Positions 1 through 17,640 of a stretch of 64,000 nt of DNA are shown in pieces (positions within the stretch are counted from its first letter, which is position 1; each line of letters begins with the position of its first letter). Source of the stretch: the human T2T-CHM13v2.0 reference genome, Homo sapiens. The notes under the pieces were generated by a model. That model saw only the letters and a list, made by a program, of their open reading frames with translations, was not told where the DNA came from and did no database searches. The stretch lies in the NCBI RefSeq assembly GCF_009914755.1, contig NC_060927.1; one strand, 5' to 3'. A program made the translations under genes and the position numbers.

Positions 1-456
1 GAAACTGTCCCGTGTGTGCAGGGTGGCATATTCAAAAATGGTCATTTAGCATTGTTGATAATCATGAAATTATGGGAGACAATCTAAATGTCAGTAGGGG
101 AGTGGGCAAATAAACTTCAATATATTCATAAAACGAAGTTATATAGTAATTTAAGTGAACTGGTACTGTATTGCCAATATGGATAGATCTCAGTATTGTG
201 ATGTTTATTGAAAAGAAAACCTAAGGTTCCGCATCAAACTGCAGAACCTTATGATACCATTTATAAATTTTGAAATCACACAAAACTATATATATACACA
301 CATATATGTATATACATACACACATATACACACAACACATATTTTATGGATATTTTTATATATAATGAAAATATAAAATATTGACTGGAAGAAAACTAAA
401 TTCATGAAGGTGGCTGCCTCTGGGAAGAGAGAAGGAAGTCAACAAAATAGGGAAGC

Positions 457-575
457 AGCTGGATGCAGTGGCTCACTCCTCTAATCCCAGCAGTTTAGGG
501 GGCCAAGGAGGGAGGATCACTAGAGGCCAGAAGTTCAAGACCATGCTGGGCAATGTAGGAATGTGTCTTTAAAAA
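457..575 (+). mobile_element. FLAM/Alu left monomer, diverged
   Basis: gctggatgcagtggctcac...aagttcaagacc. Confidence 0.7.
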
Positions 576-714
576 CCAAGAAAGCAAATGGGGAAGAGAT
601 CATAAGGGGACTGAACTTAATTGCAGTATTTCATTTTGTTTATTAAAAGATTTGGGCAGTTGGGCACGCGTGGGTTTATGTTTCTTTATTATTTTATAAT
701 ATTCTATTTATTTC

Positions 715-1062
<348 letters not shown>

Positions 1063-1130
1063 TAGCTGTTAAGAGCAAAAGACAACTGTAGAGGGAGTAA
1101 AAAGGGGAATTTGGAAATCAACAACTATAA

Positions 1131-1526
<396 letters not shown>

Positions 1527-2318
1527 TGCTAAAAAAATCTTTTATTTGATTTTTTATTTCTAGAACTTTTTTCCCCAAATTGCTATGGGGTTTTAAAGCT
1601 GCCTTTCAGGAAGTAAACATTTTGATGGTAACTTGTAGATTTAGGTCGAGATTCTAGGACTTAATCTCCACTGATGTAGCAACTCACCTTGGAGGATTTT
1701 TGAGGTTCCGTGAGAGCCCGGCCCTGAACTATTCCACTGCTGATGTAAGAAATTCCTTTTAGTGGACTAAGTCAGTCATTCTGCAGTTGGAGTGAAAGAC
1801 TTAAAATATAAAGTACATGTGGGAGGGATAACACATTATACTGAGCCATGAATAATACCTAATCCTTTTCTGAGAGAAATTTTAAGAAATCAAAGGAGCA
1901 AATCACACACAGACTGCTTGTTAACAAAAATAAGCTTCATCCAATACCAAGTTTTAGCACAAGTCAAACTGCACTGAAATGTAGACATGTTAAATATTAT
2001 TGTATTGAACATGACAATCTCTGTGTACCAGTGCTTTTTCCTCTTCAGTTATTCTGATGGGTTTTGTGTGTGTGTGTGCATTTGTCCTCCCTTCTCAATT
2101 TCCTCTTATGCTAATACCACCTTCCAATGCATTTCTCTCCTCAATGAAACATGGCCTTTAAGCCAGCTCATTATCTCTCCCTCCCCAAAGACTCAACTCA
2201 TGGGTTACTAGCTCTTAAAGCCTAACCAGTAGCTTCTACTTGCCTGTGTGCATGCAAAAAATATCTGATTTTCAATGTGTACCTAGATGGATTTTATTTG
2301 TAGAGTATACTTCTATTA

Positions 2319-2650
<332 letters not shown>

Positions 2651-3546
2651 AAACAATGTACCAGATCCCAAAATGGCTATATGTCAGTTACAGTGTCATC
2701 AGTAATTGTCCTCATCTAATGCTCTACAGATTTTCTATACATCTAGATTTCTTCTCATTATACTTTACTATGACTATGATGAAACTAACTACTGGATCTT
2801 AAATACTCCTAAAAAAAATTTTTGAACATTCAATGTGCTTTGAAAAAGAAAAGCTAAGCTTTTATGAGTTAAGTGAACAGCAATAAGAATGAAATTTCTA
2901 GGTTATAATAAAATGGTTAGATTGAAAAATCTTTTTTCATTGTTTTGGACTGCACAGAATGCAGGCATTTTGTATTGAAGACATCTAAGTGCTTGATGAA
3001 GAATTTTGAAATAGCCAAAGAGGAAAGCTTAAACATCAGTTTCTCCAAAGATTGACTTCATCTAATTAAAATAAATAGGTAAATAAATAAAACTGGAAAA
3101 CTGTTACAGCATTTTTAGGAAAATGAGTCCTTACTCTACACAAAAAAGAGAAAAATGCATTATGGAAGATTCCAAGTATGTGAAACTTTTACAGATAGGT
3201 TGTCCTCAGTGAACTTTCTTTTTCTCCAACTGTAAGTGACCCATTCACCAATTACCTGTCTATTCCACCCATCCATAGAGAGGTGGGGGTGGGAGTGGCT
3301 CAGCTGAGCTCTAGCCAGAATGAAAGTAGGGTGGCTGACTAGGGAATGGATGGGAAGAATGCCCATGGGCTCAAGCAGGGAACTGTGGGGAAGGATTTCC
3401 CAGTTAGGAATTAAGCCAGATAAAGGAACATATGAGTTAAGGAGCTGTTGAGCTATATAGCTGGGATTTTTTTCTACGAGAAAATAAGGCATCTCTGTAA
3501 CACAGTCAATAGGGTGATTGTCACATATTTTAAGAATGAGATTTTT

Positions 3547-4005
<459 letters not shown>

Positions 4006-4335
4006 TTAGATAAAACTGGATGGCTCGCTATAAAAAGTATGCAAGCACTGTATTAGAAGGTTGAAATAGAGAACCTTCTTAAGGCGTTCCAGCCCTGAAA
4101 GTGTGGCACTCTGTGAAATGCCGACCCAGTTCCCACACAGGTTACACAAGCCTGGGTATTCACTGAAAAGCAGAACATGACACGATAGGATCATAATGGA
4201 GTTCACTGAACACTGATTAGAAATGGTGTGAATATATGTTTGCCTCCAACTGAGATTTCAACTGAAGTTTCAAAATTATTAAAGCCTTTTAGGATGAAGA
4301 GTCATATCACTAAATTTATTAGTTCCAATAACTGA

Positions 4336-4755
<420 letters not shown>

Positions 4756-4980
4756 ACAAAAAATTGCTCCAGTTTAAAGTGGTGCATAAAAGTGAAATCA
4801 GAGACTTTAGATCTACAAGTATAAATACTGTAATGCAGATATGTGCACAAATTTTTCACTAGTAGGAGAGGCTAAGTTACTCCACTTGTTTAGCAGTCTG
4901 CCTCAAAACCAGAAGCCCAATTTATCTCTGCTGTTAAAAATAATCTTGACCTGAAACTTATCTTTTTGGAATACTTCTAG

Positions 4981-5154
4981 TTACCTTCAGAATTGGGCTC
5001 ACTTTCAAAACTGAAGATACTTGGACTAACAGGAAATGAGTTCCTTTCCTTTCCGGAGGAAGTCCTTTCTTTAGCGTCTTTAGAGAAATTATACATTGGG
5101 CAAGACCAGGGATTCAAACTTACCTATGTGCCAGAACACATTAGGAAACTGCAG
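4981..5154 (+). CDS. LRRIQ4: LRRIQ4 internal coding exon (LPSELGSLSKLKILGLTGNEF...HIRKLQ)
   Basis: ttctag| acceptor, CAG|gtaagc donor, 174 nt phase 0-0, LxxLxLxxN repeats; missed by the ORF track. Confidence 0.93.
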
Positions 5155-5679
5155 GTAAGCCTCCCCAAATGAGCAGGCTAAGAAGCACCTGTCACTGCCT
5201 CTTAAATTGGCTGAAACTGAGAAAATATGAGGTCTCCACAGGCTGGATGTAGAATCATCCATACTAGATTTCCAGCTTCAGACAAGCAATCATTTTTACA
5301 TTTTGAGGTTTCCACTGTCCGTGAACAACTCTTCAACATTTCATTGTGATTGCTGTTGGATATGTCCTGCCATACTTCTTTCCACTGTGTGATTTGGTGT
5401 GTTTCATTTGCAGAAATTGAGTCATAACTCTTTCCATTTAATTTCCACTTTTTATAAGTAGCCCCCTGAAAACTGGACTATTTTGAAGTTAAAGAGTATC
5501 ATACAAGTGACATGCTGGGAGCCTACATTTTGGTGCCCAGGATTTCCTGTAAGGGGAAGTGTGACCTCTCTCCCTGATTGGAAAAGGGAAATCATGTTGC
5601 ACCAGCTTCCTGGATCTGCAGGGCTGTGAGGAATACTTGCAAAGCAACAGGATAACTTCATTCAAAGTAGCCATAGTAG

Positions 5680-6022
<343 letters not shown>

Positions 6023-6599
6023 TGCTGCACTCTTAATGATGATAAAGTAGGCGTGGGCCACCACATAACCCCAGTCATGCAATGCCATGCACAGCATAGG
6101 TAGTTCTCACTATGACACAGGGTGTCTCTTCCTAATTCTCCATTCCTTTGCCCTGTGTTCATAGAACACCTTTCATCAGCTTTTCCTTTGTACCTGTCAT
6201 GCCACAATCTTAGGGTGAAGTACAAACATTAGATTTTTGCCCAGTGAAGTTGAAAATAGTTATTTTGAATACATTCAAATCCATTCCCTGTGCATTTTGG
6301 CTACTTTCACTGAGGCAATATTGGGTTGATAGTTGAGGCAATTATCATTCTGTAGCAACTGCCACAGACAATTAGCTATTAAAAAAGGAGTTAATGATAA
6401 ATGTAGTTAAATTATTCAAATTATTTTTCCATAAAGTTCTGGTGAAACAAATAAGCACTAGATGTCTGTAGTCTCTTTTCCCTGCATAAATGGAAACTAA
6501 GTCTAATGGATTTACTCAAAAATAATTTTGGGTCTTGATGATGGTCCTTTAGACATGCTTTTTCCCTTAACTCAATGCGTAATTTCCCCACTGAAAGTG

Positions 6600-6634
<35 letters not shown>

Positions 6635-6714
6635 CATGAGCACCCACAGGTGATTCTGGTTATTATAATTAATTAATCAAGGTATATTATTATGGTACAC
6701 TCATGTTATTTCAG

Positions 6715-6853
6715 AGTCTCAAAGAGCTATATATAGAGAACAATCATCTGGAGTACCTGCCCGTATCCTTGGGGTCAATGCCTAACCTAGAAGTTCTTGA
6801 TTGCCGGCACAATTTGCTTAAGCAACTTCCAGATGCCATTTGCCAAGCACAAG
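6715..6853 (+). CDS. LRRIQ4: LRRIQ4 internal coding exon (SLKELYIENNHLEYLP...DAICQAQ)
   Basis: tttcag| acceptor, AAG|gtgagg donor, 139 nt phase 0-1, LRR pattern; missed by the ORF track. Confidence 0.93.
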
Positions 6854-7451
6854 GTGAGGAAACTTAGTAGATTCACAGCCTAGCAGAGTTTGTGGCCAGC
6901 ATTTCCTATGGCAAATGGCTTCCTTGCTTTGCTAAAGACCTATCTCAGTGTTCAGAGAACTGAGTCTATCCCATTACTTCCTTGCAGGGCTCACTTAGCG
7001 ACATGGGGGAGGCCAGGTGTCCTGATTAGTATAGCTAAGAGTCTTGCAAAGGCAGTTAAGTCATTTATTAAAATGGAAAGGTAAATAGCGACTGCTAAGA
7101 AAATTAGCATTTACCCATACATTTATTACACTACCAACAATAATTTACTGTACACTTACTACATGCCAGAATTTGGAGTTGGGATCCTGCAGTAAATTTC
7201 ATCTAGGTCACGGAGTCACTTGAGTAAAAGAAAAAGTATTGGCCCAGAGTGGTGAAATTAGCAGGAGACTTTCTTGGAGCTACATAATTGACCTGGAAAA
7301 CTATATATGATTCCTACTTAAATAGCCAAACATTTTCCACTACACTAAGCCATTCTTTGTCTGTACATTCATCCATCCACTTAATATGCTTTTGCTGAGC
7401 ACCCACTGGGACCAGATTTTAAATGTTTCTTTTTTTTTTTCTGAATCCTAG

Positions 7452-7825
<374 letters not shown>

Positions 7826-7911
7826 CAAACTATAGTTATTCTTTAATGAAAAAAGAATGGAGAGAGTGGAAGCTGATGCCTACTCATAAGGCATTCAAAA
7901 ACTGGGGGCAA

Positions 7912-8285
<374 letters not shown>

Positions 8286-8411
8286 TTATCCTGTCCTTGG
8301 TCCCTGGAGGAGTGAAATATTCTCAAAATTTTTCAGTGTTTTCTATTTTTCTGTCTCTAATATTTATGGACACTGGCTTCAACAACTTTGAATTGTTATA
8401 AAGAAGTTGTA

Positions 8412-8948
<537 letters not shown>

Positions 8949-9210
8949 CTAAAAACTGTTGCTCTAAACAAACAAAACATTTGGAATATCTGGAGACTGA
9001 ATTCTGTTCTCTTCATTTTGAGAAGGAGCAAACATAGAGCTAGAACTTTTATTAGATGGTAGAAAAAGTTTTGTCGGGTCTTGTGCATCCTTCCTCTCAT
9101 TCCCTTTGCAAATGCAGAATTGGATCCCTCACCTATGTGGACAGGATTAGGTGACAAGTTAATATTGTTTCTTCTAAGATTGAACCACCATTACGAAAAA
9201 ATCTTTTCAG

Positions 9211-9407
9211 CTTTGAAAGAATTACGGCTGGAGGACAACTTGCTCACCCATCTTCCAGAGAATTTGGATTCCCTAGTGAATCTTAAGGTTCTGACACTGA
9301 TGGACAATCCCATGGAAGAACCCCCAAAAGAAGTGTGTGCTGAAGGCAATGAGGCCATATGGAAATACCTCAAGGAAAACAGAAACAGGAATATAATGGC
9401 AACAAAG
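9211..9407 (+). CDS. LRRIQ4: LRRIQ4 penultimate exon (ALKELRLEDNLL...NPMEEPPKEV...MATK)
   Basis: cttttcag| acceptor, AAG|gtaaaa donor, 197 nt phase 1-0, last LRRs plus capping motif. Confidence 0.94.
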
Positions 9408-10149
9408 GTAAAATCAGCCCAGATTCTTGATAACAGTTGCTTTAGAGGGAGTCTAATGGTAAACACAGTACAGATTATCCTACGGAGCAACTCCTTACAC
9501 CCTTGTCCTGCTTCTGAAAAGAGAAGTTACTTGGTAACTTTTATGTCCCCAGGGCTAAGTAAGAAGATTTTTAAATGTCAGCCCTAGCATTTTTGTCTTT
9601 TATGTCCCTTATTTCTTTGTCCAATAAGAAGCCAACAAATAGGCAAAGGAAACCAAAACTTCAACATTTCCAACAATCTAAAATTCGTGGACTATTTCAT
9701 TGGAATGAAAAAAGTTTGTATTAACAAAAGTAGTAAAATAAGTTTAGAAAATTAGAAATGAAAGCGTTTATAGATGAGAGGCTGAGCCCAGGGTTCTGAG
9801 CTGCCATTAATAAGGATCAAAAGGCTGAGATCCTTGTAATTCTGCTCTAGCCCTTTGAGCCCATGGAGATGTAGGACAGGTCTGGAATGTGTCCACTTCA
9901 GCCAGTGTTCTTTATTCTCCAACTGGCCCAAGTCCCCATCATCTCACAGCCGGATAACTACATAAGCCCTCTGACTACTGTCCCTGCTTGCATGCCAGCC
10001 CCCCACAACATACCTTCTGCTCAGCAGTTGCACTGATGCTCCACTGAAATTGGCAATCCTCCATTACACTCAGAGTAAGAGTCAAGTCTTCAGTCCGTAA
10101 AACCCCCTCTCAATAGCCCTCAACCCTATCAGACCTAATGTCCTCCCTT

Positions 10150-11580
10150 TTATGATAAATCTTTTGTAATACCTCTTTTACTATTCCAAAATAAATTCAG
10201 AGATAATAAAAACATACAAAAGGACATAATTTTAATCAAAATAACGCCTGAGTTACAATTTAAAGGAGAAAGAAAAGTAATTTATATACAAATATATATT
10301 TCAGGCCTGGCGCGGTGGCTCTCGCCTGTAATCCCAGCACTTTGGGAGGCTGAGGCGGGTGGATCACTTGAGGTCAGGAGTTCGAGATCAGCCTGACCAA
10401 CATGGTGAAACCCTGTCTCTACTAAAAATACAAAAATTAGCTGGGCATGGTGGTGCGTGCCTGTAATCCCAGCTACTCTGGAGGCTGAGGCAGGAGAATC
10501 GCTTGAACCCAGGAGGCGGGGGTTACAGTGAGCCTAGATTGTGCCACTGCACTCCAGCCTGGGCAACAGCTGTCTCCAAAAATAAATGAATAAATTATTT
10601 CAGTGTGTATATGCTCAGGATGGATTACACTTGAAAGAATGAAAGTTGTGGTTCTTAATTGAATACTTCCTAAAAGCATTTTGAAAAACTGTGCACCCTC
10701 TTGCACGTTCTTAAAATGATATTTAACATTGTTGGCCACAAGTTTAAATCATTGCAAAGGATGTAATTTCCAGTGAATTTTAAATGTTGACATTTTAAAA
10801 TAGAGCTGTTAGATCAATATTTTAAATGTATCCAGTGGAAACTGAATATCATTATGATTTGTCAACACCAATTTACAAATACTCAAACAAGTTATTATTT
10901 TATAGGCAGAATTTTTATATCATATTCCTTTTCTTCTTAAACATGTACTTCCATTCTACTTTCCCCTCAAAATTGATCCTAAGGTTTTATGTATACACAT
11001 ATAAGTCTTTCATAGATTGCTCTTTTGTACTTCTAGGTGACAAAAATATTTATATAAATTAAATTTTAAAAATTTAAAAATGTATATACATTACAACTAT
11101 TAGTATAAAATCACCTAAAACAACATAAAATTTCTTACAAATTTTAATAATTATTAGACATATAGGATTTTTTAGAACAGTGTACCAAAATGAGAGGGTT
11201 TTTTTAGCATAGTTTATATATTCATGCATAAATATTGATGATTATTAGAATAACACAGGGTTGATTATAGATTCTACTCCTGTTTCTCATTTTACAGATG
11301 AAAGCCTTGAGAAACCTTGTTCACGTAGATGAGTTAAAGAGAACAGAAGAAGCTTTTTTTGCCTGTAATGTTTTATTTTAAAAAAACAATGATTCATGCA
11401 TCTCTGAGCTTCTTCCAGATTTATATCCCCCAAATCGATAGCAGGTCTTAGCTGACATGTCAACTAGGCTTCCCTTATTTTTCTTGAAGGTAGAATTAGA
11501 AACCACCTGTCTTGCAAAAGGATTGGTTAACCAGTCCCTAGAGTCATTCATTTTCTCATCAACACTTGTACTTTGAATTG
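10150..11580 (-). mobile_element. hAT-Charlie-type DNA transposon fossil (transposase C-terminus), interrupted by an Alu
   Basis: Minus-strand translation gives RDWLTNPFA (about 11513-11539) and LLLFSLTHLREQGFSRLSSVK/RNRSRI (about 11270-11352), resembling the hAT dimerisation region; outer limits uncertain. Confidence 0.6.
10304..10595 (+). mobile_element. Alu SINE (AluS-like)
   Basis: Full dimer. Confidence 0.9.
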
Positions 11581-11584
11581 TCTT

Positions 11585-11588
<4 letters not shown>

Positions 11589-11619
<31 letters not shown>
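11589..11619. repeat. (TG)n microsatellite
   Basis: About 15 TG units. Confidence 0.95.
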
Positions 11620-11621
<2 letters not shown>

Positions 11622-12029
11622 TAATGATTTTTGGAGTCCAGGGCAATGCACCATAGTAAGATTCAGGTGGGTGCAAGCTGTGCCCTTCCTCTGTGGAGCA
11701 TCACAGGGGCAACTGGGATGGGGGATCTGCAGTTATGTTCTCGGGATGATTTTAGGAAGGGGTACATATGGAAGCTGGAGCTCAGGAAATGGACTGTCTT
11801 CAACCTATCCATGCCTGCACACTGTTGGAAAGGCTTTGTAGACCAGGGTATAGGCCACACAATTGAAGACTGCTTAACCTTAAGTCAACAAAAAGCCCCA
11901 TAAATTTCCAAAATGCCTCTAGAGAGCAGTGCTGTTCCCTGGATCCCGATTGGTCTGCTGTTTTCACTCCCCATCTCCTCTTTCCTACTCTCACTGGACT
12001 TCAGTCACAAGCAGATCTGGTGTTCCTCC

Positions 12030-13200
12030 AAGGACCAAGCATGTTCCTGGCTCAGGGCCTTAACACTGGCTCTTCCTGTGCCCAGAGATGCTTTCCCCAG
12101 ATATGAGCAAGATTCTGGCCCTCACTTCATTCCATCTCTGCTTAAACATTCTCTTATCAGAGAGCCCTTCCTTGATCCACCTTATATAAAACAGCATACC
12201 CCCAGCCACCTCTTTCATTTGTTCATTCATTCAACAAACATTTATTGAGCTTCTACTATGCACCAGACACTGTTCTAAGCATTGAGATACATCAGTGAAC
12301 AAAACAAATATTTATGTCCTCACAGTACTTAAAATCTAGTAGGAGGGAAATAAAAGCATGAAATAGAAAACATAAAATGAAATACTATGTTAGAGAGTGC
12401 TACTGTTTAAAAAAAAAAAAAAGTTAGCCTAAGGGGAACTGAAATTGCCAGTAGTGTGTGGAGGTGGAGAAGTGGTTGATTTAAATAAGATTGTCAGAGT
12501 AGGCCTCACTGAAAAAATGGCAGTCTTAGCTTAGGCTGCCACAACAAAATACCATAGAACAGGCGGCTTAAACAATGGAAATGTATTTTCTCACAGTTCT
12601 GGAGGCTGGAAGTCTAAGGTCAGAGTATCAGCATGATTGGAGTCTGGTGAAGGCCCTCTTCCTGGCCTGTAGAAGCTGACTTCTCCCTGTGTCTTCATAT
12701 AACAGAAAGAGAGAGAGAGAGAGAGAGAGATTGCACTAGAGAGTGCTAACTCTCTGATATCTCTCCTTATAAGGCCACTAATCTCATCATGAGGACCCTG
12801 CTGTTATGACCTCATATAAATCTAATCATCTCCTCAAAGCCCCTTCTCCAAATTCATTCACACTGGGGATTAGGACTTCAGCATATGAATTTGGGGCAAC
12901 ACAGTTCAGTCCGTAGCAATGACAATCAAGCAAATCCTTGAAGCAGCGGAGGGGTGAGCCATCTGAATACTGAGAAGAGTTCCAGGCAAAGAAAGCAGCG
13001 AATATACAGGCCCTGAGTCACAACTGTGCCTATGTGTCTGAGCAGGGAGGAGGCCCGCATGGCTGGAGCAGAGTGAGCCAGGGAAAAGGGAGTTAAGAGG
13101 TTAGAGGGGTCAGGATTGGGGAGGCAGATCAGAGAGGGCCTTGTAAGCCATATAAGGACTTTGGCTTCTATTCAGAGAGAAATGGGGAGCCACTGGACAA
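12030..13200. mobile_element. L2 LINE fragments (both orientations) hosting an MLT1A LTR
   Basis: cattcattcaacaaacatttattgagc 3' end; taaggactttggcttctattcagagagaaatggggagccactgga L2 core. Confidence 0.7.
12522..12918 (-). mobile_element. MLT1A/MLT1A0 (ERVL-MaLR) solo LTR
   Basis: ggctgccacaacaaaatacc...tctcacagttctggaggctggaagtc...ttcagtccgtagca. Confidence 0.8.
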
Positions 13201-13702
13201 GTCTGCTGCTAGAGGAAGGGTGTTGCTGGGTAGGTAGGAGGGAATAGGATCCAGGGAACAAGTGAGGGCTGGCTTTAGGCAGGAGCACAGACAGCCCAGT
13301 AAGGAGCAGGAAGGCAGGGCGTAGGCACTCAGATCCCCTCACCATGTGCGGTCACTCTCCATAGCACTCATCACCGTCTGACAAATTGAACATTCATGTG
13401 TTTATTTTGTACTGTCTCTTCCTCACTGGAATGTGAGCTCCATAAAGTTGAGACAGTTATTTCTCTGCTGTTGCCCAAAAGTCTAGAACAGGCACTGGCA
13501 CATAAAAACAATAAATGCATTTTTTAAAAAATTTGTCTGAATGCCTAGCCAATTGAGAAAGATAGAAAATAAAATTTAGAGTTCTAATCACATCCCATTC
13601 TCTCCACGTCTTCAAGACCATGTATCAGAATAAAGAGATTTAACAATTTCCAGTTCATTGTGATACCAGCCGATGCTGAATTTGGGTTTATCTTGTTTTC
13701 AG

Positions 13703-13855
13703 ATTCAGGCATGGTGGCGTGGAACAATGGTACAGAGAGGATTTGGGAAATTCGGTGAACTACTAAAACCACAAAAGAAAGGAAAGACCTCTCCAAAAGA
13801 TAAGAAAGGAAAGAAGGATGTAAAAGGAAAACCAGGAAAGGGAAAAAAGAAATAA
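13703..13855 (+). CDS. LRRIQ4: LRRIQ4 terminal coding exon: IQ motif (IQAWWRGTMVQR) and lysine-rich tail
   Basis: ttgttttcag| acceptor, phase 0, TAA at 13853-13855. Confidence 0.93.
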   Translation: MQAWWRGTMVQRGFGKFGELLKPQKKGKTSPKDKKGKKDVKGKPGKGKKK

Positions 13856-13970
13856 TCCTGTAAATTGATAAATTGGGGTAATGGACCTTGATAGATTAAG
13901 AAGACAAAATATCTAGGAATTAGATGCCTACTACATTAAAATTATTCATAAAATTACACTTATGTGTAAA

Positions 13971-13976
13971 AATAAA
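13971..13976 (+). terminator. Likely LRRIQ4 polyadenylation signal AATAAA
   Basis: First AATAAA about 115 nt after the stop; a variant ATTAAA sits at 13935-13940. Confidence 0.6.
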
Positions 13977-13984
13977 TGATTCTT

Positions 13985-15060
<1,076 letters not shown>

Positions 15061-15496
15061 CATATGCATAGATACTCATGGAATGCATGGGAATGCTCAT
15101 GATATTCATGGTATTCTTTTATATCATGTAACCCAAAATATCCCCTTTACATCATTCAAAACCTCCTCATCCTGAAAACCTTTTAATTTGGAGTAGTGTT
15201 GATTTTACATTTGCATGTCTTTCAGGCAGTGATTGCAATACTAATTATTAGTGTAGTAGAAGAAAGCAAAACATAATTTGACTAGAGCTTGTCAGAATAG
15301 AAATGTGCAGACAAACATCTCTGCCATGCAATGACTTTCATGCTCTAGCAAAAGAAAATCAAAAATTTCAAAAATAGTTTAGAGCAACACAAAACTGTCA
15401 TTAACGAATTAAATTAGTTTTATGAAGCAAATTCCATTTCAAAGAAATGCCTGGAGGCAATATGTTAACAATTTTTTAAACAATAAAAGGTTTTAA

Positions 15497-15502
15497 TTTA
15501 TT
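15497..15502 (-). terminator. Likely LRRC31 polyadenylation signal AATAAA
   Basis: tttatt on + strand about 700 nt downstream of the stop, followed on - strand by T/GT-rich sequence. Confidence 0.55.
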
Positions 15503-15965
15503 CTAACAAGATATGTTTTTCATACTGAGTTTTAGATTTTTAATCACTTTTTACTAAGATTTATATGTCAGTGACTATCATTACTGTTCATGGTTTATAT
15601 CTGAGATAAAAGGCACCAGAATATAAAATAATAAACCATAGAAAGGTACACTTTCTGATAAAAACCTACATAGACTACATTAAGATACATATAGTAATAG
15701 TAATGATACATGAAACTATTAGACAGCTAGTGCCTTTCACATTAGAATTACACACACACACACATACCCCTTTATATTTAGAACATTTAACTTGTAGGAA
15801 AAGAAGAGGCAAAACATTTCTGGGCAAGAGGAAAGCAGTTGCAGTACCAAAATCTAAACACTTTTGGCAAGGCTTCTAAACAGCAAATGAACTAATTATA
15901 TATCCAAAACAAATCCATTGAAAAATGCCATTTTTGTTTCATAGACAGAGAATAATGGCATGCTC

Positions 15966-16073
15966 ATATTAGATATTATATATATATTTACATATATATG
16001 TGTATTATATATGTATATTATATATATGTGTATATATGTATATTACATATATATATGTAATATATATATATAT
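15966..16073. repeat. (TA)n-rich low-complexity tract in the LRRC31 3' UTR
   Basis: Imperfect TA/TG repeats. Confidence 0.85.
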
Positions 16074-16205
16074 TTACAAAGCTCTTGTAATATAAGTCCC
16101 ATTAAATGGCCCAGAAGTTGAAATTCAGTTCATGACTCTGGAATTCGTTCATGTTCTTTTCCTTTGGAGAATGGTTTGTAGCTTAGTAGGACATGGGAAA
16201 TCAGT

Positions 16206-16550
<345 letters not shown>

Positions 16551-17239
16551 TCACTCTAAATGCTAACATACAAGAATACTGTCTGCCATGGCTATTCCCA
16601 TTTCCCATAACACTATCTCCAGGAATAGTAATGACAAGATTAGTAATTAGTAATGATTTGTTATTAGCAGCTTTATTCAGGACATCTGAAATTAGTAACA
16701 GATTTCCTCTCTGTACATCCCATCTACAGCTTTTTTTATTTCTTTTTCCAAATCTCAACCCAATAATTTTTTTTTGTCAAGTTCCTGCTCTCTGTTCCAC
16801 TGAAGTCCGAGCTCTTCCTACAGATTTTCTCTAATTAAATGTAAAGAGTGATGGCTCATTGGCTTTAACTAAGGACCATTTGTAAATAATCATCTTGCTG
16901 CTTTAATTGTTCATTTTCATTCATTCAGTACTTCTTCATCCAGCAATTATTTAAATGAGCATTTTCCATATGCAGAACATACCTGGATAATTTCCAATTC
17001 ACCTTAGAGACCCCAATACATGTGACAGTTTTCCTTTTGAATAGAACATATCAGTACTACCTACAATGGCACTTAAAAATGATGACTAATGTACAATCTG
17101 AGCTATTTGATCAGAAAATAAATAAGTTAATGATGAAATAAAGACTTCTGTAAGAGGAGGCAGGAGAGATAACCACGGAAAATGGGACATGCTTCCCTTT
17201 TCAACCAAACCCAGGAATGGATTGCAGAGATCAGGTGGG

Positions 17240-17640
17240 TTGTATAGAATCTCAGCGTTGCAAGGGATCTTGGAAGTCTCCTTATCCAACCTCCTAATCA
17301 ATAATCAGAGAGAAATCCTTTTCACAGCCTCTCTACTCATGACCACCACAATTCTGGCTGAACTGTTCTTTCAAGTTTGCCCCAGCATTATGGAGCAGCT
17401 CCTAGCGGGAGGAAGCCCTCCCACAGGGCCCCAATCTATCTTCTGGTGTCTTTCACCCAGTGCCCCAATCAGTCAGCTGTAACATTCAGCTCCTTCTTCC
17501 TCCTGGCAGCCCTGCAGTGTTGGACAACAGCCAGGTCTCCCTTAAACTTTATCCCTGTAGGACTGAACATGCCCTGGTCTTTCAGTCTTTCCTCACACGC
17601 ATGGCTTTCAGATCAAGGAGGATGCTCCAACTCCATCACT
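17240..17640. mobile_element. L3/CR1-like ancient LINE fragment
   Basis: tagaatctcagcgttgcaagggatcttggaagtc..tatccaacctcc resembles the CR1/MIR3 3' end. Confidence 0.45.

Noticed and set aside
6600-6632. Isolated 33-nt poly(A) run as a processed-pseudogene tail
   Set aside because: No recognisable upstream body and no TSD
9081-9587. 168-aa ORF as a stand-alone gene (likewise 36745-37317, 27550-28035, 32355-32711, 32778-33104, 30949-31242)
   Set aside because: Each is a true exon plus intronic read-through; LRR similarity stops at the splice sites
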